Origin: Thermoanaerobaculia bacterium
GTDB taxonomy: Bacteria; Acidobacteriota; Thermoanaerobaculia; UBA5066
Assembly: GCA_963816185.1 (NCBI GenBank)
Contig: CAWFJJ010000024.1
Location: 448,001 to 512,000, forward strand
Length of the DNA stretch: 64,000 bases
Reading direction: 5' to 3'
A model generated the notes under the pieces. That model was not told the origin of the DNA. It searched no databases and worked only from the letters and a program-made list of their open reading frames with translations. Shown in pieces: positions 34,002-43,447 of the stretch (its first letter is position 1; each line of letters begins with the position of its first letter). Both the position numbers and the translations under genes were made by a program.

Positions 34002-34640
34002 GTGTTCTTCAACGTTCCCAACGCGCTCACGCTTTTTCGCATTTTTCTCGTTCCGCTTCTCGTCGTCATCCTCCTGACGAAACTCCCGGCCCGCGAGTAC
34101 CTGGCGCTCGCCGTTTTCCTCCTGGCCGCGATCACCGACTGGCTGGATGGCTTCTGGGCCCGGCGCTTCAAGAAAGTGACGACGCTGGGGATGCTCCTGG
34201 ACCCCATCGCGGACAAGCTCCTGGTCTCGGCCGCTCTGATCTCGCTCGTGGACCTGCAGGAAGCCGACGCATGGGCCGTGTGCATCATCATCGGACGCGA
34301 GTTCGCGGTGACGGGCCTGCGCTCGATCGGCGTGAGCCACGGCTTCATGATCGCCGCCTCGAAGCTCGGCAAATGGAAGATGGCCAGCCAGATCGTCGGG
34401 ATCTCGCTCATGATCATGGGTGGAAAGCTCGACGACATCGGCCTCTGGCGAAAGACGGGCCGGGCCGCTCTTTACGTGATGACGGCGATGGCGCTCATCT
34501 CGGGGATCGACTACTTCCGGAGATTCCTCAAGCCGCTGCTCGCGAAAGAGCGCGAGGAAGCGTCCGCGCTGGCCGCGGCGTCCGCCGCGGGGCCTCAGCG
34601 CGCTGAGCCTGAGGCGCGCCTCCGGAAGACCGCCCTGTAA
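34002..34640 (+). CDS. pgsA: CDP-diacylglycerol--glycerol-3-phosphate 3-phosphatidyltransferase
   Basis: PN.LT..RI, TDWLDG..AR, G..LDPIADKLL, REF.VTGLR, GK.K. Confidence 0.95.
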   Translation: MFFNVPNALTLFRIFLVPLLVVILLTKLPAREYLALAVFLLAAITDWLDGFWARRFKKVTTLGMLLDPIADKLLVSAALISLVDLQEADAWAVCIIIGREFAVTGLRSIGVSHGFMIAASKLGKWKMASQIVGISLMIMGGKLDDIGLWRKTGRAALYVMTAMALISGIDYFRRFLKPLLAKEREEASALAAASAAGPQRAEPEARLRKTAL

Positions 34641-35260
34641 ATCGGCCTGCCCGTCTTCCTGAATTTCACCTCGTAGCTCGTCCCCGGCGACCAGTCGCCC
34701 GCCTCTTCGGGCGCGAGCTTCTCGAGGAGAGGCTCCGACGAGAGCACCTCGTCGATCAACGCGAAGTACTCCTCGTGGTCCGAGGCGACGCGAAGGAGGC
34801 ACGCGGGTGCAAGGGCGCGCGCGGCGGCCTCCGCCCAGGCGGCATCCACGAGACGGCGCTTGTGGTGCCGCTTCTTCGGCCACGGGTCCGGGAAGTAGAC
34901 GTGGAGGCCGGCGAGGCAGCCCGGGGAGAGGCGGCGCATCACGAACGCCTTGCCGTCGAGGCGTTCGACCCGGAGGTTCGAGAGGCCCGCGCGCGCGGCC
35001 CTGAGGCGCACGATCGCCGCGTACTCGGGCTCGATCTCGACGCCGAACCAGTTTCGGTCGGCCCGGGCGGCCGCGGCTGCGAGGAGGAACGAGCCCTTGC
35101 CGACTCCGATCTCCATCTCGACGGGGGCGACGCGCCCGAAGACGGCGGAGAAGTCGACGACGCCCGCGTCCTCCGGCTCGCCCGGCAGGAAGATCCTCGG
35201 CGGGGGAATCCGGCCCTGGTTCCGCGGGCCGGCGGCGCGCGGCACGCGTGGCGGGATCAT
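34595..35260 (-). CDS. trmB: tRNA (guanine-N7)-methyltransferase
   Basis: EIG.GKG.FL, FPDPWPKKRHHKRRL, SD...Y, T.YE.KF. Confidence 0.92.
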   Translation of the reverse strand: MIPPRVPRAAGPRNQGRIPPPRIFLPGEPEDAGVVDFSAVFGRVAPVEMEIGVGKGSFLLAAAAARADRNWFGVEIEPEYAAIVRLRAARAGLSNLRVERLDGKAFVMRRLSPGCLAGLHVYFPDPWPKKRHHKRRLVDAAWAEAAARALAPACLLRVASDHEEYFALIDEVLSSEPLLEKLAPEEAGDWSPGTSYEVKFRKTGRPIYRAVFRRRASGSAR

Positions 35261-35297
35261 CGCCCCGGCGCGGCGGAGCGCCCGCCGGATGGACGGC

Positions 35298-35591
35298 CTA
35301 GACAAGGATCGCCCTCGGGATCGGCACGACGCGCACCCCCACGTCGCCCTCGATGCGCGCCTGGCAGCCGAGGCGCACGTTCTCTCCGAGCTCGTAGGCG
35401 ACCTCGTTCGGCTGGATCGGCGAGAGGTTCTCGGGGTTGAGGACGCACGCGACGCGGCAGGTGGAGCACGTGCCGCCGCCGCCGCAGACGTTGCCGATCG
35501 CGACCCCGAGCTCCAGCGCGACGTCGAGCACCGTCCGGCCGGCGGCGACATGCGCCCGCTTGCCCTCGTTCAGGAAGACGATCCTGGGCAA
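35298..35591 (-). CDS. [2Fe-2S] ferredoxin
   Basis: CGGGGTCSTC...RLGCQ; TTG start at 35591 with GGAGA upstream. Confidence 0.85.
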   Translation of the reverse strand: MPRIVFLNEGKRAHVAAGRTVLDVALELGVAIGNVCGGGGTCSTCRVACVLNPENLSPIQPNEVAYELGENVRLGCQARIEGDVGVRVVPIPRAILV

Positions 35592-35602
35592 CGCGTCTCC
35601 GT

Positions 35603-36610
35603 TCAGAGCTTCGCGGCGACGGCCCGGGCGAACTGCTGCGTCGTCGCCGTCCCGCCGATGTCGCGGGTCCTCGCGTCGCCTTCCTCGAGAGCCGAGAAGA
35701 GAGCCTTTTCGACGCGCACGGCGCACGCCTCGTCACCGATGTGGCGGAGCATCATCACGGCCGAGAGAAGAAGCGCAGTCGGGTTCGCGATGCCCTTGCC
35801 CGCGATGTCGGGGGCCGAACCGTGCACGGACTCGAAGACGGCGCACGTCTCGCCGAGGTTCGCCCCGGGCGTCACGCCGAGCCCCCCGACGAGACCGGAG
35901 GCGAGGTCGCTGATGATGTCCCCGTAGAGATTGTCGAGGAGAAGCATGTCGAACTGCTTCGGGTTCATGACGAGCTTCATGCACGCCGCGTCGACGATGA
36001 CGTCGTTCACCACGATGTCGGGGAAGTTCGCCGCGACGTTCCGGCAGCTCTCGAGGAAGAGTCCGTCCGAGAGCTTCATGATGTTCGCCTTGTGCACGAT
36101 CGTCACCTTCTTGCGGCCGAGCGCGCGGGCGAACTCGAAGGCGAAGCGCGCGATGCGCGTGGACGCTTTTTCGGTGATGACCTTGATGGACTCGACGACG
36201 CCCGGCACGACGACGTGCTCGATTCCGGAGTAGAGGCTCTCGGTGTTCTCGCGGACGACGACGAGGTCGAGGTCGCCGTAGCGGGACGCGACGCCGGGAA
36301 CGTTCTTCACGGGCCTCAGGTTCGCGTAGAGGTCGAGGTCCTGGCGAAGAGTCACGTTCACGCTTCTGAAACCCTTGCCGACCGGCGTCGTGACCGGGCC
36401 CTTGAGACAGACCTTCGTCCGCCGGATGGAGGCGAGCGTCGCGGGAGGGAGCGGCATTCCGGAGACCTTGATGCTCGCCTCTCCGGCGTCGTGGCGCTCC
36501 CAGGCGAGGCCGGCTCCGGCGGCCTCGAGAATGGTCGTCACGGCGGCCGTGATCTCGGGCCCGATGCCGTCGCCGGGGATGAGGGTTACGACACGGGGAG
36601 ATGACGTCAC
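35603..36610 (-). CDS. icd: NAD-dependent isocitrate/isopropylmalate dehydrogenase family enzyme (IDH-like)
   Basis: IPGDGIGPEI, SVNVTLR..LDLYANLRP, RENTE, HKANIMK.SDGLF, NLYGDI.SD, HGSAPDIAGK. Confidence 0.88.
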   Translation of the reverse strand: MTSSPRVVTLIPGDGIGPEITAAVTTILEAAGAGLAWERHDAGEASIKVSGMPLPPATLASIRRTKVCLKGPVTTPVGKGFRSVNVTLRQDLDLYANLRPVKNVPGVASRYGDLDLVVVRENTESLYSGIEHVVVPGVVESIKVITEKASTRIARFAFEFARALGRKKVTIVHKANIMKLSDGLFLESCRNVAANFPDIVVNDVIVDAACMKLVMNPKQFDMLLLDNLYGDIISDLASGLVGGLGVTPGANLGETCAVFESVHGSAPDIAGKGIANPTALLLSAVMMLRHIGDEACAVRVEKALFSALEEGDARTRDIGGTATTQQFARAVAAKL

Positions 36611-36615
36611 GTCCT

Positions 36616-37893
36616 TCAGGCCTTTCGTGCGTCGGCCGGCACCGCCGGGGGAGCCGCCGGTACGCGGAGGATGCGGATTCGTTCGATGGCGCGGGGCGAG
36701 GCACGCTCGACGAGGAACTCGAGATCGCTCTCCCGGATGCGCGCTCCGGATCGCGGAATGCGACCGAACTTCCGAAGCAGGAAGCCGGCGACGGTCTCGT
36801 CGTCCGGGTCGTCGAACGAGGCTCCCAGGTCCCGCTCGAGCGACGCCAGAGGATACCCTCCTTCGACGAGAAGCGACGTGCCGTCGCGTTCGGGGCGGCC
36901 CGCAGGCTCGTCGTGCTCGTCGAAGATGTCGCCCACGATCTGCTCGATGAGGTCCTCCAGCGTGACGAGGCCGGCCACGGCGCCGCTCTCGTCCACGACG
37001 ACCGCCATGTGGAACCGGCGGCGCCGCATTTCACGGAAGAGGTCTTCGGAACGCTTGAGCTCGGGCACGAAGACCGCGGGACGCAGGTGACGGCTCATCT
37101 CGAAAGTCTTCTCTTCCGAATCGGAGACGTCGAAAAGATCCTTCACGTGGAGGATCCCGACGATGTCGTCGGTGTTCTGCCGGAAAACCGGATACCGGCT
37201 GTAGCGATGCTCGCGGCATACCGCCTCGACCTGCTCGAAGGTCGCGACGACCGGCAGGAGAACGATGCGCGCGCGGGGGACCATGGCCTCCTTGACCGGT
37301 GTGTGCCCGAACGCGAGGACCGCATGGAGGAGCTCGCTTTCCTCGCGTTTGATGCCGCCCTGCTCACGGGAGAGGTTGATGACGCTTTTCACGTCCTCGC
37401 CGGTGACGTCCGCCGGCTCGTCGGCGCCGAACGGACCGAGGATCCACCGTGCGAGCGCCGAGAGGAGGTGCGTCAGCGGCGCGAGGAGCCGCACGAAGAA
37501 CGCGATCGGGCCGACGAAGAGGAGCGCGATGCGTTCGGGCCTTCTCGCGGCGAGCGTCTTCGGCGTGACCTCCGAGACGACGAGGAGGAGGAGGGTCGTC
37601 AGGACCGTCGCGATGAGGACGCCCCACTTCTCTCCGAAAGCGGAGATCGCGAGGCCGGCGCCGATCGAGCCCGCGGCGGCGTTCGCGAGCGTGTTGCCGA
37701 CGAGGAGGGTGCCGAGCGTGCGCGGGAGATCGTCCCGCATCCTCTCGAGCCGCTCGGCGCTCCTCTCGCCCGCGCTCTTCATGCGGAAGATCGCCGCGTC
37801 GGTCAGCGAGGTGATCGCCGTCTCGGCGGACGAGAAGAACGCGGACGCGCTCGCGCAAAGCACGTAGAGCGCCACGAGGATCGGGCCGCTCAT
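36616..37893 (-). CDS. CNNM/DUF21-CBS-CorC (hemolysin-like) membrane protein
   Basis: SAFFSSAETA, LLVGN.LAN, E.TPK..A, MVPR, YSRYPV, VVDE.G...GLVTLEDLIE.IVG.I.DEHD. Confidence 0.93.
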   Translation of the reverse strand: MSGPILVALYVLCASASAFFSSAETAITSLTDAAIFRMKSAGERSAERLERMRDDLPRTLGTLLVGNTLANAAAGSIGAGLAISAFGEKWGVLIATVLTTLLLLVVSEVTPKTLAARRPERIALLFVGPIAFFVRLLAPLTHLLSALARWILGPFGADEPADVTGEDVKSVINLSREQGGIKREESELLHAVLAFGHTPVKEAMVPRARIVLLPVVATFEQVEAVCREHRYSRYPVFRQNTDDIVGILHVKDLFDVSDSEEKTFEMSRHLRPAVFVPELKRSEDLFREMRRRRFHMAVVVDESGAVAGLVTLEDLIEQIVGDIFDEHDEPAGRPERDGTSLLVEGGYPLASLERDLGASFDDPDDETVAGFLLRKFGRIPRSGARIRESDLEFLVERASPRAIERIRILRVPAAPPAVPADARKA

Positions 37894-38711
37894 CGCGAGC
37901 CGCCGCCGTCGAGCGCCCAACCCGCTCCGCGCCTCGCGATGCGCAGCGGATCCAGAGACTCGCCTTCGCAGGGTCCGCCGACGCAGAGCCCGTCCTCCGG
38001 CACGAATAGGGCGCCGTGGTTGCGGCAGACGAGAAAGAGGCCGTCAGCGGTGAGAAGCGGCTCGCCGTCCCGGTCGAGGGGGAGCGACACGTGAGGGCAC
38101 ACGTTGCAGTAGGCGCGCGCCCCGTCCGGTGTCGCGACGAGGAGGCCGGAGACGACTCCCGCGCCGTTCGGGCGGGGTTTTCGGAACGCCAAGGCGCGGA
38201 TCGAAGAGATCGATTCGGAGTCTTCTATGAAAGGGGAGCGGGATGCGAGCGTGCGAACGAGGTCCCGGCCTTCGTCGGACTCGGTGTCCGCGAAGTCGCC
38301 GCCCTCGGCTTCCTCGAGGAGGTGACGCAGGACCGCGGCGTCGCCGGGGGGCGTGGGGAGAAGGCGGGCCTCCGCCGCGGGCGAGAACCTCACGGCGTCC
38401 ACGGCGGCGGCGCGCGGCGCGCCGGCCAGCCCCCCTATTCGAAGAAACAGCAGCGTCACGTGCTGCGATGAGCCTCCCGGCGCCGCTCCGGGGATGGTCT
38501 CGAACCTCCATGGCGCGAGCGCAACCGGCGTGACGTCCATCTCCTCCTTCCACTCCCTGACGAGCGCTTCCTCCGGGGTCTCCCCGTCCTCGACTTTGCC
38601 GCCGGGCAGCTCCCACACTCCGGGCCAGGCCCCGCCGTCCGGCCGGCGCGACATGAGGAGCCGACCCTCGCGGACGAAGATTCCCGCGACGACGAGCCTC
38701 GTCCCGCTCAT
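37890..38711 (-). CDS. NUDIX (MutT-like) hydrolase fused to a C-terminal Rieske [2Fe-2S] domain
   Basis: Nudix box WELPGGKVEDGETPEEALVREWKEE; Rieske ligands NVCPH and C.NHGALF, GPC. Confidence 0.85.
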   Translation of the reverse strand: MSGTRLVVAGIFVREGRLLMSRRPDGGAWPGVWELPGGKVEDGETPEEALVREWKEEMDVTPVALAPWRFETIPGAAPGGSSQHVTLLFLRIGGLAGAPRAAAVDAVRFSPAAEARLLPTPPGDAAVLRHLLEEAEGGDFADTESDEGRDLVRTLASRSPFIEDSESISSIRALAFRKPRPNGAGVVSGLLVATPDGARAYCNVCPHVSLPLDRDGEPLLTADGLFLVCRNHGALFVPEDGLCVGGPCEGESLDPLRIARRGAGWALDGGGSR

Positions 38712-39673
38712 CGGGGCGCCTTGCGGCGGAGAGCGGCGGCGGCATTCCGTGCGAGGCCTTCACGCGTGGCCCGCCAGATCGACGAGCCGAAGAAGCGTGC
38801 ACGAAACGCGTCGGCTCCGAGCGCGAGGATCTCCTCGGGGTCGAGGGACGCGGCGGGTCCTCCGTGCCCCGCGCTTCGGGCGCCGTTGAACGGACAAACG
38901 TCCTGACACTCGTCGCACCCGAAGAGACGACCCGAGAGAGCGGCCTCTTCCGCCGGCGTGAACGGTGTCCGCTTCTCGATCGTGAGATACGAGATGCATT
39001 TCCTCCCGTCGAGGACGCGCGGCTCGACGAAGGCGGCCGTGGGGCATGCGTCGAGGCAGGCCGTGCACGTCCCGCAGCGGTCCGCGCCCGGATCGGCGGG
39101 CGAGGCGGTCGGCGCGAGGGCGGCGTCGGTCAGGATCTCGCCGAGGACCACGTGCGAGCCGATGCCCGGCACGATCAGGAGTCCGTTCTTGCCGAGGAAG
39201 CCGAGGCCGGCGCGCGCCGCGACCTCGCGCTCGAGAAGAGGCGCCGTGTCGACGCAGACGCGGAAATGCGTGCCGCCCGGCGCGAGCGGGCGCAGATCCT
39301 CGATGACGGCCCGGAGGTGCCGGCGCACGACGCGGTGGTAGTCCTCGCCCCGCGCGAACTTCGCCACGTTGCCCGGCCCGTGGTCTTGCACTTCTCGCGC
39401 CACCGCGAGGACCGATCGCGTGTAGGGCAGGATCGCATCGAAGCGCTCGCGGGCCGCGGCGTCGCGCTCGAGGTACGCCATCTCCCCGTGGAGGCCTTTC
39501 TCGAGCCACACGCGGTAGCGCTCGAACGAGAGAGGCCGCGAAGCGGCCAGCACGCCGGCGGCCGCGAAGCCGTGGGCGCGCGCGGATTCGACCGCGGCCT
39601 TTGAAAGGCCGGCGGGATCGGCGGGAAGAGGAGGTGGCGGCTGGCGCGGAACGCGCGAAAAGGCGGGCCGCAT
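38708..39673 (-). CDS. queG: Epoxyqueuosine reductase
   Basis: HGEM.YL, ARG.DYH, VDTAP.LER..A..AGLG..GKN, CG.C..C...CPT, CISYLTIE, FGCD.CQ.VCP.N. Confidence 0.95.
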   Translation of the reverse strand: MRPAFSRVPRQPPPPLPADPAGLSKAAVESARAHGFAAAGVLAASRPLSFERYRVWLEKGLHGEMAYLERDAAARERFDAILPYTRSVLAVAREVQDHGPGNVAKFARGEDYHRVVRRHLRAVIEDLRPLAPGGTHFRVCVDTAPLLEREVAARAGLGFLGKNGLLIVPGIGSHVVLGEILTDAALAPTASPADPGADRCGTCTACLDACPTAAFVEPRVLDGRKCISYLTIEKRTPFTPAEEAALSGRLFGCDECQDVCPFNGARSAGHGGPAASLDPEEILALGADAFRARFFGSSIWRATREGLARNAAAALRRKAPR

Positions 39674-39718
39674 GACACTTCAGTCTACCAAGCCATTTCG
39701 TATCATCCTTCTCGTCCG

Positions 39719-40813
39719 ATGACAGCGCGCTCCCGGGGTCAGACGTACCCGCTCGCCTTCTTTTTCCTCCTCGTCTTCGGGACGGGGATTCTGTGCTTCG
39801 TCGTCCTGCGCCCGTTCCTGACCTCGATCGCCTGGAGCGTCATTCTCGCGGTCGCGCTTTGGCCTCTCTGGCTTCGCCTCAAAGCGCGCCTTTCCCGGCG
39901 CACCACGTTCGCCGCGGCGGTCTTCTCGATCTCCACCGGGGTCATCGTCCTGCTTCCGGCCGTTTTCCTCGGAAAGGCAATCGTCAACCAGGCCACTGCG
40001 GCGGTGACGTCGATCGGGGAGAAGCTGCGCGCCCGCGAGCTGCATTCGCTCAGCGACCTCCTCTCCCTCCCGGGAATCGGACCGACGCTCGGGTGGATCC
40101 AGGAGCGCACGGGTCTCTCGTCGGACGAGATGCAGTCGAGAGGAGCCGAGTTCGCGGCGAAGGCGTCGGCGTTTCTCGCCGCCAAGAGCGGGGACGTCGC
40201 GCTGTCCTTTCTCGACGCTCTGGTCACGTTCTTCCTGACGCTCTTCCTGCTCTTCTTCCTCCTGATCGACGGCGAGGAGCTGGCGGAGGCGGTCAGCGAC
40301 CTTTTCCCGATCGAGGATGCCGAACGCCACCGGATCCTTCAATCCCTCGGAGGGATGCTCGAGGCGATCTTCAAGGGCTCGCTCGTATGCGCCATGGTGC
40401 AAGGCGCCTCCGGCGGGATCTCGTGGGCGATCGCAGGCCTTCCCTCCGCGATTCTCGCGGGCGTCGCGATGGGCATCCTCTCCCTGCTTCCCGTGGGGGG
40501 CACCGCCATCGTCTGGCTGCCCGGTCTCATCGCCCTGTTCGTCCAGGGCCGGACGGGGATGGCGATTTTCTTCCTTCTCTGGAACGTCCTCGTGACGTCC
40601 TTCCTCGCCGACAACGTCCTCAAGCCTCTCCTCATCGGCAACAAAGACACGGAGCTCTCGTCGCTGATGGTGTTCCTGGGCGTGTTTGGAGGGATTCCAG
40701 CGTTCGGGCTCCTGGGTGTCTTCGTCGGTCCGATGGCGCTGGCGGCGGGTCTGATGCTCGTCCGCGTCCTGCGCTCGCTCGCCCGTGACGCGCGCGTCAG
40801 CGCAGAAGCTTGA
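39719..40813 (+). CDS. AI-2E family transporter
   Basis: Multi-pass membrane protein; PFL..I.W..IL, FF.L.DG, LP.GGT..VWLP, DNVLKP.L.G, FG..G.F.GP. Confidence 0.9.
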   Translation: MTARSRGQTYPLAFFFLLVFGTGILCFVVLRPFLTSIAWSVILAVALWPLWLRLKARLSRRTTFAAAVFSISTGVIVLLPAVFLGKAIVNQATAAVTSIGEKLRARELHSLSDLLSLPGIGPTLGWIQERTGLSSDEMQSRGAEFAAKASAFLAAKSGDVALSFLDALVTFFLTLFLLFFLLIDGEELAEAVSDLFPIEDAERHRILQSLGGMLEAIFKGSLVCAMVQGASGGISWAIAGLPSAILAGVAMGILSLLPVGGTAIVWLPGLIALFVQGRTGMAIFFLLWNVLVTSFLADNVLKPLLIGNKDTELSSLMVFLGVFGGIPAFGLLGVFVGPMALAAGLMLVRVLRSLARDARVSAEA

Positions 40814-40919
40814 CGATGAGGACCTGAAGGACGCCGGCCGTGGCCCCGACGACGAGGACGAGCAGAAGCCAGGGAATCAGGTAGTCGTACCGGGCCGCCG
40901 CGCTCCGGAGCTTCTGCAT
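40797..40919 (-). CDS. 40-aa single-pass membrane microprotein (below the ORF-track cutoff)
   Basis: MQKLRSAAARYDYLIPWLLLVLVVGATAGVLQVLIVKLLR*; GAAGGAG 4 nt upstream of the ATG; fills the gap between two genes. Confidence 0.65.
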   Translation of the reverse strand: MQKLRSAAARYDYLIPWLLLVLVVGATAGVLQVLIVKLLR

Positions 40920-40959
40920 GAGACTCCTTCCGATCATTCGCGCTTAATATAAGCGACGC

Positions 40960-42369
40960 ATGAACGGAAAGCCCGAGGACGCGGCGAAACGCGACGTCGC
41001 GGCCCTGGCCGCCGAGCTTGCGGAGCAGATTGGGTCGCTCTCGGCTTTTTCCGGCTCGGGGCTCGCGCCCGTGAACGCCCCGTCGGTCCGTCCCGGCCCC
41101 ACGGGGGGCGCCCCTTCTTTTGCAGGGCCGCGGGACATGCTGGAGAACGCGGGACGCTTCGTCGCTCCCGTGCTGCCGGCCGGCGCCCCCCTGCGGCCGC
41201 TCAAGGCCGCGCTGCTGCGCGTCCTCAGGATCGTCACTCGGGACCAGACGACGTTCAACTCCGCCCTACTGGAGGCGCTGCGCGGCGCTCTTCTCGAGAT
41301 GGAGTCCGGCTTGCGCGCTCTTAGGGGGCCGTCGCAAGAGCGCGTTCAACGCGCCGAGGAGGCGGCCGCGCGCTTCAACGGAGCCGTCGCCGAAGTTTCC
41401 TCTCTCGCGGCCCGTCTCGACCGCGAGAGCAAGGCCCGCGAGGGCGCGGGCCGGGATCTCGTTGCGAGCCAGCGCCGGCTGGACGCGCTCGAAAGAGATC
41501 GGGACGAACGCGCGGAAAGGCTCGCGCGGGAAAAGGAAAGGTCGGCGGAGGAAACCCGGGGGATTCTTCTAAAGGTCGAAGACGCGAGCGAAGGCCTCCG
41601 GATGCTGCGCCTTGACTGGTCCTCCCTGCGAAGCATTTTGCAGAACGTTTCCGAAGCCCGGCCGTCACCCGTCGCGCCCGGACAGGCCCCTGGTTCCACG
41701 GTGCGCGCCGATGACCCTCTGCGCGCGGGTCTCTACGCCGACTTCGAGGAACGCTTCCGAGGCAGCGAGGAGGACATCCGAGCCCGGCAGGCGAGCGACG
41801 CCGCGCGCTTCCGCGGGGCGCCCGGGCCCGTCGCGGATCTCGGATGCGGGCGCGGCGAGTTCCTCGAGGCGCTGGCCGCCGAGGGGGTCGCCGCGATCGG
41901 CTGTGACGCGAATCCCGTCATGGCCGCCCGCGCGAGGGACAAGAAGCTCGCGGTCGATCAGGCCGATCTCTTCGCATGGCTCGCGGCCCTGGCAGACGGT
42001 TCGCTGGGGGGCGTGACCGCCTTTCAGGTCGTCGAGCACCTTACACCTGCGTCCCTTTTCGATCTCGTCGAGCTCGCAATCCGGAAGCTCGCACCCTCGG
42101 GCCGCGTGCTCTTCGAGACGATCAACCCCGAATCCGTCTATGCGATGCGCTGGTTCTGGATGGACCTCACGCACGTGCGGCCGGTGCCGGCGCCTTCGCT
42201 CGCGCAACTCTTGACGGCTTCCGGGTTTCGGGATGTGACCGTGGACTTTCGCTCTCCCGTGCCCGAGTCCGAGGGCCTGCCCCGAGGTCTCGCCGACGAC
42301 CCGCGCTTCGCGCCGCTCGCACGCCTTCTTTTCGCCCCGCAGGATTACGCCGTCACGGGCGTGAAGTAG
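40960..42369 (+). CDS. Coiled-coil plus SAM-dependent methyltransferase of the surface-glycan type
   Basis: Q..FN motif and long coiled coil; Y..FE.RFRGS...I, DLGCGRGEFL, FQVVEHL, ET.NP, FW.D.TH..P, PQDYA. Confidence 0.85.
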   Translation: MNGKPEDAAKRDVAALAAELAEQIGSLSAFSGSGLAPVNAPSVRPGPTGGAPSFAGPRDMLENAGRFVAPVLPAGAPLRPLKAALLRVLRIVTRDQTTFNSALLEALRGALLEMESGLRALRGPSQERVQRAEEAAARFNGAVAEVSSLAARLDRESKAREGAGRDLVASQRRLDALERDRDERAERLAREKERSAEETRGILLKVEDASEGLRMLRLDWSSLRSILQNVSEARPSPVAPGQAPGSTVRADDPLRAGLYADFEERFRGSEEDIRARQASDAARFRGAPGPVADLGCGRGEFLEALAAEGVAAIGCDANPVMAARARDKKLAVDQADLFAWLAALADGSLGGVTAFQVVEHLTPASLFDLVELAIRKLAPSGRVLFETINPESVYAMRWFWMDLTHVRPVPAPSLAQLLTASGFRDVTVDFRSPVPESEGLPRGLADDPRFAPLARLLFAPQDYAVTGVK

Positions 42370-42376
42370 AGAAGAA

Positions 42377-43414
42377 ATGGCGCGCGTCCTCGTCTGCACC
42401 GCGCAGGTGCCGTTCTCGTCCGGCGGCGCCGAGCGCCACGCGGAAGGCCTCGTGCGCGAGCTCGCGGCCTTCGGGCACGAGGCGGAGCTCGTGCGGATTC
42501 CCTTCAAGTGGTATCCGCGCGCGGAGATCCTCACGTCCGCGCTCGCGTGGCGGGTGCTCGACCTGTCGGAGTCGGACGGAAAACGCGTCGATCTCGTGAT
42601 CCCGATGAAGTTCCCGTCGTACCTCGTGAGGCACGAGAACAAGGTCGTCTGGCTGATCCACCAGTTTCGCCAGGCGTACGACCGCTTCGGGACTTCCCAG
42701 AGCGACTTCACCGCCTCGCCCGAAGACACGCGCTGGCGCGAGCTGATCGCCGAGGCGGACCGCACGGGGCTCGGGGAGGCGCGGAAGATCTTCGCGAATG
42801 CGAAAAACACCGCCGACCGTCTCGTGCGGTTCAACGGAATCGAGGCCGAGGCCCTCTACCATCCGCCGCCGCTCGCGGGCCGGTACCGATGCGAGGCCTC
42901 GCGGGGTTTCGCGCTCGTGGCCGGCCGGCTCGACGCCTGGAAGCGCGTCGACCTCGCGATCGGGGCGGCGGCGGCGGGGAAATTCCGCCTCGTGATCGCA
43001 GGCGACGGCGCCGATCGTGCGAGATTGGAAGGTCTTGCCGCCAAGGGTGGCGCCGAAGTGCGCTTCGCGGGGCGGGTGTCCGACGAGGAGCTCCTCGACC
43101 TTTACGCGACTTGTGGCACCGTGGTCTTTCCGCCCGTCGATGAAGACTACGGCTACATCGTGCTCGAGTCTTTCCTGTCGAAGAAGCCCGTCGTGACCTG
43201 CACGGATTCGGGCGGTCCGCTCGAGTTCGTCGTCGACGGAGAGAACGGGCGCGTCGTCGCGCCGGACGGGACGGCGCTCGGAGCCGCTGTCGCGGATCTT
43301 CTCGCGCAGCCGGAGAAGGCCCAGAAATTCGGAGAAAGAGGCTTTGAAAAGGTAAGAGACATCCGCTGGGAAGATGCCGTCCGGGCGCTGCTCGAGGCTG
43401 GCGGAATTCGGTAG
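42377..43414 (+). CDS. Glycosyltransferase family 4
   Basis: PF..GGAE, RL...KR.DL.I, EDYGYI.LE.F...KPV.T..DSGG..EFV.DG.NG. Confidence 0.9.
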   Translation: MARVLVCTAQVPFSSGGAERHAEGLVRELAAFGHEAELVRIPFKWYPRAEILTSALAWRVLDLSESDGKRVDLVIPMKFPSYLVRHENKVVWLIHQFRQAYDRFGTSQSDFTASPEDTRWRELIAEADRTGLGEARKIFANAKNTADRLVRFNGIEAEALYHPPPLAGRYRCEASRGFALVAGRLDAWKRVDLAIGAAAAGKFRLVIAGDGADRARLEGLAAKGGAEVRFAGRVSDEELLDLYATCGTVVFPPVDEDYGYIVLESFLSKKPVVTCTDSGGPLEFVVDGENGRVVAPDGTALGAAVADLLAQPEKAQKFGERGFEKVRDIRWEDAVRALLEAGGIR

Positions 43415-43447
43415 AGAAGAACAAAGAGAGACGAAGAGAAGATTTCT

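Noticed and set aside
34595-34640. 46 bp convergent overlap of pgsA and trmB
   Set aside because: Short 3' overlaps of non-conserved tails are common in compact high-GC genomes
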